From Pirellulales bacterium (GTDB taxonomy: Bacteria; Planctomycetota; Planctomycetia; Pirellulales; JALHPA01): a stretch of 62,072 nucleotides of DNA. Numbering within the stretch: position 1 is the first letter of the stretch; every line of letters starts with the position of its first letter. The position numbers and the translations under genes were made by a program. The stretch lies in the NCBI GenBank assembly GCA_040901795.1, contig JBBDYH010000166.1, forward strand, positions 1 through 62,072, given 5' to 3'. Below, piece after piece: positions 21,771 through 31,590 of the stretch. The notes under the pieces were generated by a model. It had not been told where the DNA came from and searched no databases. It saw only the letters and a program-made list of their open reading frames with translations.

Positions 21771-21980
21771 CGATGGTGGCCTCCGGGCATTGACCCGTTC
21801 GGCGGCCATGCGGCGTTGGCACGGACTGGCCGGCGCAGAAACGCACATAGGCTCGACATTTGCTCTCTCGCGGCACAGGAAATAGGGCCGTGGTCGCGCA
21901 TGTCGAGGCTCTCGCCGGGTGCCTGCCAGGGTTGGCGTAGATTCCGCCAGTCCCCGTGCATCACACCGCAGGACACTCTC

Positions 21981-23672
21981 ATGACACGATTTGGGGTCGC
22001 CCGCCATCGCGCCAAATTCTTCGGCGTCTTGTGCCTTTCGCTTTGGCTCCTGGTTGGAGCATCGTCGGCGCAGCTCAAGATCAAACTGCCTGCTCCGACA
22101 CCAGAACTCGAGACGGTTCTGTCCGAGGGCCGCACGCTGGAGACGCAAAACCGCTGGAGCGAGGCGGTTTCGTTGTACGAAGAAGCTTCGCGAAAGACCC
22201 CCGGCCAGCCGGCGCTCGAGGAGCGACTCGATCTCGCCAAGCTCCATTACGACATCGCGCGCCGCTATGCCGATTCGACGTTCCGCAAAAACCTGGTCAC
22301 GCTGAGCGACAGCGAAGCGCTGGATTTGTATTCGCAGGTGATGACGCGCGTTTCGACGCATTATGTGCAGCCGCCCGATTGGAAGCAGCTTGTCGATCGC
22401 GGCACGCTGGGTCTTTCCGTGGCCCTGTATGAAACCCCCTTTGTCGAAACGAATCTGGTCAACGTGGATGCGGATCGCCTCGCGCTGTTCCGCCGCCAAC
22501 TTCAACAGGCCGCGGCCAACCGGCAGATCAGCAATCGCAACGAAGCCCGCGACACCGTCGCTCAAATTGCCCGGCTGGCTCAGAGTCAACTGGACGTTCG
22601 CCCTGCCGCGGTCGTCTTCGAATACCTCTGCGCGGCGCTCGCCGGTCTCGATGAATACTCGACGTTCCTGACCGCCGGACAACTGGCCGACATCTATTCA
22701 CAGATCGACGGCAACTTCGTCGGCTTAGGTATCGAGCTCAAGGCGCAGGACAACGCCCTGTTGATCATGAACGTCATTCCGGGCAGCCCCGCCGACAAGG
22801 CCGGCATCAAGCGCGGCGATCGTCTGACCGGCGTGTCGGGCCGGACCACTCAGGACCTGAACACCGACCAGGCGGCCGAGCTTTTGCAGGGAGAAGTGGG
22901 CACCTCCGTCGAAGTTATGGCCGTGACGGGCGATGCAGCGCCGCGGGCTTTGGTCATTCGCCGCGACCATGTAGAAGTTCCCAGCATCGAGAGCGACCGC
23001 CTGATCGACGCCCAATCCGGCGTGGCCTACCTGAAACTGACCTGCTTTCAAAAGACGACCACGGGCGACCTCGACGCTGCGCTCTGGAAGCTCTACCGCC
23101 AGGGGATGAAGAGCCTGATCATCGACCTGCGTGGAAACCCAGGGGGGCTGTTGACCTCCAGCGTCGAGGTCGCCGACAAGTTTCTCGAACAGGGGAGCAT
23201 CGTCTCGACGCGCGGCCGCAGCCCGAATGAGGATTTCAATTACACGGCCCACCGTGCCGGCACCTGGCGCGTTCCCCTGGTCGTCCTCATCGACGGCGAG
23301 AGCGCAAGCGCCAGCGAGATCTTCGCCGGCGCGATTCGCGACCATCGCCGCGGCACGGTCGTCGGCGTGCGAAGTTATGGCAAAGGATCGGTCCAAGGCA
23401 TCTTCCCGCTCACCATCGGTGGGACCGGCGTGCGGCTAACCACCGCCAAGTTTTACTCGCCCACGGGACGCCCCTACAGCCGAGTCGGCGTCGAGCCCGA
23501 CGTCCTGGTTCGCGCGGCGGAGAAGCCAATCACGAGGCTCAGCCCAGTCGCCGGAAGTGAGTTGTCCTTGGTGCATGACGCCGCATTGGGTATCGCGGAG
23601 GAAAGCAAAGAAGACGCCATCCTCGAGGCCGGCCTGCAAGTCGCGCGCCAGCAATTGGCCCGTGCGAAGTAG
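21981..23672 (+). CDS. S41 family carboxyl-terminal processing protease (PDZ domain)
   Basis: Signal peptide; GLGIEL...PGSPADKAG PDZ; DLRGNPGG, SASASE, GKGSVQ, GVEPD. Confidence 0.92.
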   Translation: MTRFGVARHRAKFFGVLCLSLWLLVGASSAQLKIKLPAPTPELETVLSEGRTLETQNRWSEAVSLYEEASRKTPGQPALEERLDLAKLHYDIARRYADSTFRKNLVTLSDSEALDLYSQVMTRVSTHYVQPPDWKQLVDRGTLGLSVALYETPFVETNLVNVDADRLALFRRQLQQAAANRQISNRNEARDTVAQIARLAQSQLDVRPAAVVFEYLCAALAGLDEYSTFLTAGQLADIYSQIDGNFVGLGIELKAQDNALLIMNVIPGSPADKAGIKRGDRLTGVSGRTTQDLNTDQAAELLQGEVGTSVEVMAVTGDAAPRALVIRRDHVEVPSIESDRLIDAQSGVAYLKLTCFQKTTTGDLDAALWKLYRQGMKSLIIDLRGNPGGLLTSSVEVADKFLEQGSIVSTRGRSPNEDFNYTAHRAGTWRVPLVVLIDGESASASEIFAGAIRDHRRGTVVGVRSYGKGSVQGIFPLTIGGTGVRLTTAKFYSPTGRPYSRVGVEPDVLVRAAEKPITRLSPVAGSELSLVHDAALGIAEESKEDAILEAGLQVARQQLARAK

Positions 23673-23745
23673 CCGCCCGGCCTTGTGCCGGCGGTACGCA
23701 GCAAGTGTCCCACGGCACTGAAACAGTCTGTCGAGTGCTAAACTC

Positions 23746-23930
23746 GCCCCGGAGGGGCCAAACTCTAGTAGCCGGGAGCGAAGCTCCCGGTTTGGGAAGG
23801 CGACGAATCCATGACCCCGAAGGGGTCAAACTTGGGGCGCGTTTGACCCCTTCGGGGTCAACGAGCAACTTCCGGACGCCATCCGGCGGCGTTGCCGCCG
23901 GCTACTGGGAGTGCAACGCCTCCGGCGTTG
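23746..23930. repeat. REP-like palindromic cluster (GCCCCGGAGGGGC family)
   Basis: GCCCCGGAGGGGC plus an inverted TGACCCCGAAGGGGTCAAAC pair; related units at 31378-31470, 45468-45570, 46472-46522 and 60445-60630. Confidence 0.7.
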
Positions 23931-24021
23931 GGTTATTCGATCTTCCGTCCGGCGTGCGCCAATTTGGCGGCGATCAACGATGGGCAGACGGAAGAGTTGT
24001 CACGCAGAGCGCCGCCCGCAC

Positions 24022-24522
24022 TCAATCAATCTCTTTCGTCTCCACCCGATAGATCTTCATCCCGCGAGCCTGGTAATTGGCCAGCGCCGCAGGATGATCG
24101 AGCGTGCAGGTGTGTACCCAGACGCGAGTCGGTTGCGTCGCCCACGCGATTTCCAGCGCGCTAGTGAGCAAGGCGCCCCCGAAGCCCCGTCCTACAAACT
24201 CCGGCAACAGGCCAAAGTATTCGATCTGAACGCCGCCGTCTTCGTCGCGGCGCAGCTCGTAGAATCCGGCCGGCGAGCCATCGTAATAGGCTGCGAACGT
24301 TCGCAGCCGGTCGGACTCGATATACTGGCGCCACTGCTGTTCCGTCCAACTGCGCTTTTCCATCCAACGCCACTGCTCGCCCACTGCGCAGTACAGAAAG
24401 CGATTGAACTGCCACTGGGGCGTTGTGGCCTCGTCAATCCGAAAGCGCGGATCACCGCAGCGCTTCGGATGAAGCTCATCGGGCGAGTGCATCTCCAGAT
24501 ACGTCGTGGTAACGCTGGTCAC
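24022..24522 (-). CDS. GNAT family N-acetyltransferase
   Basis: FGLLPEFVGRGFGG acetyl-CoA motif; VHTCTLDHPAALANYQARG. Confidence 0.9.
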   Translation of the reverse strand: MTSVTTTYLEMHSPDELHPKRCGDPRFRIDEATTPQWQFNRFLYCAVGEQWRWMEKRSWTEQQWRQYIESDRLRTFAAYYDGSPAGFYELRRDEDGGVQIEYFGLLPEFVGRGFGGALLTSALEIAWATQPTRVWVHTCTLDHPAALANYQARGMKIYRVETKEID

Positions 24523-24664
24523 GAGGTCGATTTCCTCATCGCGTTCGTGGTGGTTCGACTATCGTACTGCACGACACTCTCGTTCCCAAGGTCCTCCTTG
24601 GGAATCCCGGCGCGCCGCAACGAAGCTCCGCCCGCCGCGGCGGGCGCCGGTTGACATTTCCTCT

Positions 24665-24773
24665 GTAGGGAACGGCCTCCGTGCCGTTCCGTTGGGCAAG
24701 AAAACGCAGCAACGCCGTTTGGCCCATCCGGAACGCCACCCGCCACGGCGGGCAAGCTCCGGGCGTTCCCTGC
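24665..24773. repeat. GTAG-type REP doublet (second copy at 52639-52747)
   Basis: GTAGGGAACGG..GTGCCGTTCC...GGAACGCCACCCGCCACGGCGGGCAAGCT..GGCGTTCCCT; near-identical to 52639-52747. Confidence 0.8.
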
Positions 24774-24805
24774 CCTTCACCCGGCGGGTACCATGATCTC
24801 CTGTC

Positions 24806-27157
24806 ATGTTCGCTCGGCTCGGGAATCTCGTGACGAGACACTGGCTCCCGGTCATTCTCGCCTGGGCAGCCTTGGCGGTGGTGCTGCGCCTGCTGGCCCC
24901 GGAATGGAACGCGATCGCGCACGACGGCAACATGGCCTACTTGCCGGCCGGCATGACCAGCGTTCAAGGCGAGCAGCTTCTCCGCGAAGCCTTTCCTCAG
25001 AACCGCGCCAAAAGCCAGGTGATCGTCGTAGTCGCGCGCGATCTGGCGCCGCTCACCGACGACGACAAGGATGTGGCTGCCGACCTGTCCGACCAATTCC
25101 TCGAATTGGCTGATGAGCTGGCCATCGAGGATGTCTGGACTCACGACATGCAGGTCATCGGCGAAAAGCTCAAGAGCCCGGATGGACGGGCCGTGCTCAT
25201 CGCGCTGCAAATGCAAGGCGAGTTCATGGCCGTCGAGAACATTCGCGTGCTCGACCGCGTGATGGCGGTGCTCAATGAAGCGCGCACGGCCGAAGATTAC
25301 CCCGCCGGGTTGCAGTTGGGCGTCACGGGCTCGGCGGCGGTCGGAGGGGATATGCTCGCCTCGGCCGCCGAGAGTATCCGCAATACGGAGCTAACTACGG
25401 TTCTGGTCATCGTGGCAATTCTCTTGGCGGTGTATCGAGCGCCCATGTTGGTCATTGTTCCTTTGGCCGCGATCACTGTCTCGATCGTCGTCGGTACAAG
25501 CCTATTAGCGCTGTTAACTCAACTCAACCGGTTGCCGGCGATGGAGTGGTGGGACTTCAAAGTCTTCACCACCACGCGGATCTTCATCATCGTGATTCTG
25601 TTCGGCTCGGGAACAGACTTCTGCTTGTTTCTCATCGCGCGATATCGCGAAGAGCTCCTCCGCGGCCTGCCGCAGCGCGAAGCGCTGGCCGCCGCGATGG
25701 CCGGCGTGGGGGAAGCGCTGGTGGGCAGCGCCGCGACAACGATCGTCGGCCTGTCGATGATGTTCTTTGCCGACTTCGGCAAATTCCGCGACAGCGGACC
25801 AGCCATCGCCATTTGCCTGACCGTGGCGCTCGCCGCCTGTCTGACCTTAGCGCCCGCCCTGTTGCAGGCGACTCGGCACTACGTGTTTTGGCCTTCGAAG
25901 CTTACCTCCGAAGCTACGCTGACCGGGCGGTTTAATCCTCCGGCACACGCCACGGGAGATTCCCGCTTCTGGGCTCAAGTCAGTCAGCTTGTGATCCGGC
26001 GTCCCGGGTTGCTGCTTGTCACTTCGGTCGTGCTGTTGATCCCGCTGGCGGCCGCCGGCTTATCGGTTGAGATTACCTACGACCTCCTCAACGAGATGCG
26101 CGCCAGTCGGCCTAGCGTCGCCGGCAGCCGCTTGTTGCGCGAGCATTTTCCCGCCGGCGAGACCGGACCGCTGACCGTGCTTGTCCACCGGCCGGATACC
26201 AACTTTCGCACGACCGGGGGGCGCGACGAGGTGGCCAGCCTCACGGCTCATTTCCTCGAGCTGGACGGCGTGAAGACCGTCCGCAGCCTGACGCAGCCGT
26301 TTGGGCAGCCCATCGGCGGCTTGGGCTCGATCCTTGGCGGCGGGGCGGCGCGAGTTCTGGCTGCGAACACTTCCCGAGCCCGGGACACCTATGCTACGCC
26401 GGTCGAGGAGCTGGCGGGCTCCGTAGCGCGCTTCGACCTCATCCTGGCCGAAGAACCCTTCTCGCGCGAGGCCGCGGAGCAGCTCGATGCGATTGAGCGC
26501 AACCTCAATCAAATGCAGATGCAGGACTCCCATTGGCGCGAGGCGAGTTTTTTCTTTACCGGCACCACCTCGGCCACGCGCGATCTGGAGCGCGTGACCA
26601 GCAGCGATCAGATCCGCATTCAGCGGTTGGTTTTGTTGGCTGTGCTCGCGGTCCTGCTGGTGCTGTTGCGGCAGCCGCTGGTGTGCCTGTATTTGACCCT
26701 CTCAGTGCTATTCAGCTACTACGTCACTTTGGGCGCGACCGAACTTTTTTTCGAGTGGTTGTACCGCGGCAGCTTCACGGGGCTCGACTGGAAAGTGCCG
26801 CTCTTCTTGTTTGTGATCCTGATCGCAGTGGGTGAGGACTACAACATCTACCTCATGACCCGTGTGGTCGAAGAGCAACAGCGGCACGGCCCGATCCGCG
26901 GACTGCAACGCGCAGTGGCGCGGACCGGCGGCATCATCACAAGCTGCGGCATCATCATGGCGGCCACGTTTATCTCGATGGCCACCGGCACGCTCCGCGG
27001 CATGCAGGAGCTTGGCTTTGCCCTCGCGCTCGGCGTGCTCCTCGACACGCTCGTCGTCCGCACTGTCCTCGTGCCGGCATTCCTCACGCTCGTCGATCGC
27101 GTTGCGTGGGCGCGCGCCGCGCGGCAAGCTCACGCACATGGCGATGCACGACAATAG
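24806..27157 (+). CDS. MMPL family (RND superfamily) transporter
   Basis: Two TM repeats with FGSGTDFCLFLIARYREE and AVGEDYNIYLMTRVVEE; TGGIITSCG. Confidence 0.92.
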   Translation: MFARLGNLVTRHWLPVILAWAALAVVLRLLAPEWNAIAHDGNMAYLPAGMTSVQGEQLLREAFPQNRAKSQVIVVVARDLAPLTDDDKDVAADLSDQFLELADELAIEDVWTHDMQVIGEKLKSPDGRAVLIALQMQGEFMAVENIRVLDRVMAVLNEARTAEDYPAGLQLGVTGSAAVGGDMLASAAESIRNTELTTVLVIVAILLAVYRAPMLVIVPLAAITVSIVVGTSLLALLTQLNRLPAMEWWDFKVFTTTRIFIIVILFGSGTDFCLFLIARYREELLRGLPQREALAAAMAGVGEALVGSAATTIVGLSMMFFADFGKFRDSGPAIAICLTVALAACLTLAPALLQATRHYVFWPSKLTSEATLTGRFNPPAHATGDSRFWAQVSQLVIRRPGLLLVTSVVLLIPLAAAGLSVEITYDLLNEMRASRPSVAGSRLLREHFPAGETGPLTVLVHRPDTNFRTTGGRDEVASLTAHFLELDGVKTVRSLTQPFGQPIGGLGSILGGGAARVLAANTSRARDTYATPVEELAGSVARFDLILAEEPFSREAAEQLDAIERNLNQMQMQDSHWREASFFFTGTTSATRDLERVTSSDQIRIQRLVLLAVLAVLLVLLRQPLVCLYLTLSVLFSYYVTLGATELFFEWLYRGSFTGLDWKVPLFLFVILIAVGEDYNIYLMTRVVEEQQRHGPIRGLQRAVARTGGIITSCGIIMAATFISMATGTLRGMQELGFALALGVLLDTLVVRTVLVPAFLTLVDRVAWARAARQAHAHGDARQ

Positions 27158-27437
27158 CGAATAATCTGCGAGGCACATCATGGATCCCTTTTCTGCCGAT
27201 TCGGACCGTATATCAGTCCGGCCATCACGTTGAAGCGCACGGGTTCCTCTTCTCTGTTTTTAACCAGACAACGAAAGTCGTTATCGCACTTAACCGACGT
27301 ACGAAACTTGAAGACGACGCGCAGCGGATAGGTTCCAGCACACGCATCATGCGAGCGTGCCAAATAGCTTTGTAGCTAACGGACAAGGGGTCCGCGAAGC
27401 CCTCCAGGTCCGAGGCGCCGCCGATAGAGGAAGGATC

Positions 27438-28286
27438 ATGGACGCACAAATGCGCTACGGGAATGATGTGATTTTTCGCACAATCGACAAGATGGCCGAG
27501 CGAATCCATCAGTACGCGGTCGAGCCGGAGTTTGCACAGGAAATTAGGCGTCGCGAGGCGGAGCCATCGTTTGACTTGGACGACGACGCCATCCTGAAGC
27601 GAATGATACTGCTCATCGCATTCAGCCAACAGGTCCGCTCCGCTATCATCTCCGATATAGTGCATAGGGGTGTATTCGAACGAGTCTTCCTCTCCTTTTG
27701 TCCTGCCGATGTCGCCACGATTGATCCGAAACAGTTGCGCGAATTGTATTGGGACAACCCGTCAAAGCCGAATGAGCGTCTGGCGCCGCTACGGTTTCCG
27801 GGAAAGCTGACGAGCATGGTCGAGTGTGCAAAGAGTCTGCAACAGATCGCGTCGCGGCACGGTTCCTTCATGCGTTTTCTACAATTGCAGCAGCTTCCGA
27901 TCAGAATTCGCTCTCGCACGGACGCAGATCAGTTCTGGATTGCCTTTGAGAAGACACGGCTGCAACTGACGGCCATCGGCACACCGTTCTTTAATAAGTT
28001 CACATCTCTTTGTCACCTCCTTCAGTATTTGGGATTCGACTGCGCAAAGCCGGATAGCGTTGTAATGGACGTCGGCGCGCGCCTCGGTATCGTGGCAAAG
28101 CCGGCGACGACTTTTCCAGAGGCCGATCGGCGAACTGTCGTTCAAACCATGCAATTGTATTCCGCGGCCAAGGGCATCCGCACCGGAGTTGTGGACTTAT
28201 ACTTCTTGATCCATGGTGGGCAAACTGATGCGCAGAAGTATGTCACGCCCGCCTACTACGGCGAAGTTGGTTCACTAGGCGGCTGA
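27438..28286 (+). CDS. DNA-3-methyladenine glycosylase I (Tag)-like / HhH-related protein
   Basis: DDDAILKRMILLIAFS, FERVFLSF..ADVA, RFPGK..MVECAK...HGSF, HLLQYLG..CAKPD..V....RLG pattern. Confidence 0.6.
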   Translation: MDAQMRYGNDVIFRTIDKMAERIHQYAVEPEFAQEIRRREAEPSFDLDDDAILKRMILLIAFSQQVRSAIISDIVHRGVFERVFLSFCPADVATIDPKQLRELYWDNPSKPNERLAPLRFPGKLTSMVECAKSLQQIASRHGSFMRFLQLQQLPIRIRSRTDADQFWIAFEKTRLQLTAIGTPFFNKFTSLCHLLQYLGFDCAKPDSVVMDVGARLGIVAKPATTFPEADRRTVVQTMQLYSAAKGIRTGVVDLYFLIHGGQTDAQKYVTPAYYGEVGSLGG

Positions 28287-28612
28287 AGAGCGCCTCGTGC
28301 GGGCTGCTGCAACCAGGGTACGTCAACTTGCGCACGATTACAGAGATCCACCGCGGCGTCGAAGAGCGTTAATCTGTGAACTTGACACCAAAGATCGAGT
28401 TGATTCCCAGCCGCTCCGCACGTGAAGCATCGAAAGGCGTTTCTCGCCAGGTTGACCGAAAAGGAACGGCTCTGTGTCGAGGACGACCGGTGAATGGGGC
28501 ACGGTCCGCGGTGCTGCTTTCCGTTCCGCTGCGCCGCGACGAATCCGAGCAGTTCCAGAACCCGCGTCATCGGGATGGATCGGCGAACCATTTCGTAGTC
28601 GATCGCAGACAT
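28256..28612 (-). CDS. Stand-alone CHC2 zinc-finger protein (DnaG primase Zn-binding domain)
   Basis: GPCPIH...SFSVN...FRCFTCGAAGNQLDL; no TOPRIM domain. Confidence 0.85.
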   Translation of the reverse strand: MSAIDYEMVRRSIPMTRVLELLGFVAAQRNGKQHRGPCPIHRSSSTQSRSFSVNLARNAFRCFTCGAAGNQLDLWCQVHRLTLFDAAVDLCNRAQVDVPWLQQPARGALQPPSEPTSP

Positions 28613-28805
28613 AATGACGCAGTCAAAACAGAGAAGAGGAACCCGTAGGCTTTTAAATGCGATTCTATCTGCTGAAGTGGTGGTTTACGGGTCGGCGAAC
28701 TTGTGAGACAGTCCAGGTCGCGTGCCGGCGATCGTCACGGTTCGCACAATCCGAATTCCCAGCACGAGCGCGTTTCCAGCGCACCGGCTCTCACCTTAGC
28801 TGGCA

Positions 28806-29300
28806 ATGTTGCCGCCGGTTCACAGCCCATACTTCGTTATAGACGACCATGCAACAGACCGAGGGCTGCGCGCCGTGATTCCCGTGCTCGAGCACAAATT
28901 GTGCGACTGGACCAGCCGCGCGTTAGCGGCGCTCTTTCCGCCCCCTTCGTATGACGACTTTACTGAAGCCGAGCTCCGCGATCTCCATTTCCGCAACGAT
29001 TGAATCGACCAGCGCTGTTCGTTGGCCTGCGTCGCCGGAATGCTTGTCGGCCTGGCCCTGGCCTACGTCAAGCCTACGGTCAGCGGGTGGGATGTCCTGG
29101 TGATGTTCGGCTTGGCCACCGCGCTGCCCATTCTCTTTGTGATCGTGATGACCGTTTACCTCGGCGACGGGCGATTGCGAGAATTTCTGCTGTACTATTC
29201 TCTGAAGCACGGCTACCACTGGCTCGGCGTCATGTGCGTCTTGTACGTGCCGCTTTTACTCGCGGGGGCGCTGGGCGCCTACATGAGCTACCTGCATTGA
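28806..29300 (+). pseudogene. Membrane protein gene interrupted by one in-frame TGA (29001-29003)
   Basis: ORFs 28806-29003 and 29022-29300 are in the same frame and read ...FRND*IDQRCSLACVAGMLV...; the distal part has about 3 TM helices. Confidence 0.55.
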
Positions 29301-29487
29301 TCCAAACCGCCTATTTGCGCGCAGTTTCCTAGGACGCCCGCACTTAACCGATGGCAAAACCGCCTAGCATGCTCGGCGGCGTTTCGCTACACTTCGGCCG
29401 CTTTTCGCCGCCAATCGTTCTTGGTTGGCATCACCTTGTGCGCTGAACGTGCGCACAACGTCATCACTTATGCCTAACGGATGTGCC

Positions 29488-30600
29488 ATGACAAATCGGC
29501 ATTGGGTGTTGCTGTTGGTATTGGCTATTTCGCTTGTTGTCGCGGTGCGCAGCCAAGCCAACCCCTGGCAAAAACTGCTCCCCTTCAAAAAGGTCGAAGC
29601 CGACCCAGGCAAGAGCTACTCTTTAACCGACGCCGATGGGCCCTGGATGATTCTAGCCACCGTATTTCGCGGCGACGACGCGGAACGGCAGGCTCAGCAG
29701 CTTGTCTTTGAGCTGCGAAAGAAGTTCAAGCTCGAGGCCTACACGCATGTGCAGGTGTTTGACCATACCACATACGGACGCGCTCGAGGCTTCAATCCCG
29801 ATGGCTCCCCGAGCGTGAGGTGGCAGGCGCGCGAGAGCGATGTGAAAGAGATCGCTGTTCTGGTGGGCAACTTCGGCAGCATTGACGACGATCGGGCGAC
29901 GGACACGCTCAAGAAAGTCAAAACCATCGAGCCGGAGGCGCTGCGGACGGATCCTCGGAAGTCCAGTCAGGTGTTTGCCGGACTGCGGCAGGCGATGCAC
30001 ACCAAGAAGAAGAAGGGACCGATGGGCAGCGCTTTCGTGGTCACCAACCCGCTGCTGCCGCCGGAGTACTTCAATTCGCCTGGGCTCGACAAGCTGGTGC
30101 TGGAGATGAATGAGGAAGTGCCGCATAGTTTGTTGAATTGCCCGGGCAAGTACACGGTGCGCGTGGCGCGGTTTACAGGGACCAGCGTGATCGACCAGCG
30201 CAAGATTCGAGACACGCTGCGCAGTGGATCGATCAAGCACAGTCTTCAGGAGGCCGCCGAAAACGCGCACCTGCTAACGGAAGAGCTTCGTCGGCGCGGC
30301 CACGACGCCTACGAGTTCCATGACCAGGATGACAGCATTGTCTGTGTGGGAAGTTTTGATCGATTGACATTTCCTGGACCGAACGGGCAACAGTTTCCCA
30401 ATCCGCAAATCGACCGGTATCTCCAATTGTTCGGCGCTCAATCATCCGCTGGCTTGGGCGCGGTGGTGTCACAACTCTCCGACGCCGAGGTCGCCCGCCG
30501 CAAAACACTCGTGGGCGACAAGTACTGGGCCCTCCTCGAGATTCGGCCGAAGGCCATCGAAGTTCCGAAAGCGCCGCTCAGCGCGGCCTATCGGCGGTAA
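29488..30600 (+). CDS. Secreted hypothetical protein (planctomycete-type, possibly SPOR-like domains)
   Basis: Signal peptide; two repeats of the AxxLxxELR...AY...VG(N/S)F pattern. Confidence 0.75.
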   Translation: MTNRHWVLLLVLAISLVVAVRSQANPWQKLLPFKKVEADPGKSYSLTDADGPWMILATVFRGDDAERQAQQLVFELRKKFKLEAYTHVQVFDHTTYGRARGFNPDGSPSVRWQARESDVKEIAVLVGNFGSIDDDRATDTLKKVKTIEPEALRTDPRKSSQVFAGLRQAMHTKKKKGPMGSAFVVTNPLLPPEYFNSPGLDKLVLEMNEEVPHSLLNCPGKYTVRVARFTGTSVIDQRKIRDTLRSGSIKHSLQEAAENAHLLTEELRRRGHDAYEFHDQDDSIVCVGSFDRLTFPGPNGQQFPNPQIDRYLQLFGAQSSAGLGAVVSQLSDAEVARRKTLVGDKYWALLEIRPKAIEVPKAPLSAAYRR

Positions 30601-30748
30601 CCGGATGGAGTAGGCATATTCTGTGTGCCGTCTTCTGCCGTGTGCCACTGCTCGCCGCGAGCAGTGCCACGACCAGCGCGCGGTATACACTATCTAGTGC
30701 GGTCGCGCTCAATCGCACTCCCCTCAAATGCCCGTTTGCGATTCTTCC

Positions 30749-31363
30749 ATGCTCCTCGTTCTTGGCACGCACAACCGCAAGAAGGCAATCGAGCTAGTCG
30801 ATCTGCTCGCCCCTTGGGGCTTTCAATGTCAGTCGCTGGCGGACCACCCGAATGCCATCGAAATCGACGAGACAGGCAACACCTTTGCCGAAAACGCGCG
30901 GCTGAAAGCCTGTGAGCAGGGCAAACACCTCGGTCGCTGGGTGCTCGGCGAAGACAGTGGGCTGTCCGTGGACGCGCTCGGCGGAGCGCCGGGAGTTTAC
31001 TCCGCGCGGTTCTCAGGTTCAGGCGCCACCGACGAATCGAACAACCGCTTGCTCATTGAAAAACTCGGCGCGCTGCCGCTCGAACGGCGCACGGCCCACT
31101 ACGTCTCCCACGTGGTGCTGGCCGACCCGCAGGGAAGCATCCGCGGCGAAAGCACCGGCACGTGCGACGGCCGCATTCGCTTCGAACCGGCGGGCAGTGG
31201 CGGATTCGGCTACGATCCATACTTTGAGATCGTCGAGTATCACCGCACATTCGCCGAGCTCGGCAACGTCGTCAAATCCATCCTCAGCCACCGCGCCCGC
31301 GCCGTCCGCGCACTCATTCCGCAGGTCCTGCAATGCGTTCGAGATGGAGTGTGGATCGAGTAG
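30749..31363 (+). CDS. rdgB: Non-canonical purine NTP pyrophosphatase (RdgB/HAM1)
   Basis: THNRKK, EDSGLSVDALGGAPGVYSAR, GFGYDP, SHR. Confidence 0.93.
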   Translation: MLLVLGTHNRKKAIELVDLLAPWGFQCQSLADHPNAIEIDETGNTFAENARLKACEQGKHLGRWVLGEDSGLSVDALGGAPGVYSARFSGSGATDESNNRLLIEKLGALPLERRTAHYVSHVVLADPQGSIRGESTGTCDGRIRFEPAGSGGFGYDPYFEIVEYHRTFAELGNVVKSILSHRARAVRALIPQVLQCVRDGVWIE

Positions 31364-31590
31364 GCGATTCGTCCGTAGCCCCGGATGGGGCGGCATTCTC
31401 TAGCCGGGAGTGCAAGCCCCCGGAATTGGTTCCGTTAAAAGTTACAAAGCCCCGGAGGGGCGACATTGCCAGGCCGTTGATTGCACCGTAATCTCCGTGG
31501 CGAGACCGTCATCTGCATACTACACCGTTGCTATAATCATCCGCGGTAGGGCGCGTTACGTATTCGTTGCTCGAGCACGTTGAATCAGCT

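Larger units (their letters stand above)
27239..28646. mobile_element. Inverted-repeat-bounded two-gene cassette (non-autonomous element or invertible segment)
   Basis: Perfect 22-bp IR ACGGGTTCCTCTTCTCTGTTTT at 27239-27260 with its reverse complement at 28625-28646; no recombinase inside and no clear TSD. Confidence 0.6.

Noticed and set aside
21417-22682. 421-aa minus-strand ORF
   Set aside because: Overlaps the S41 peptidase antisense and runs through promoter and repeat DNA.
29001-29040. Selenocysteine codon with SECIS
   Set aside because: No redox-motif context and the hairpin position is atypical; a nonsense mutation is more parsimonious.
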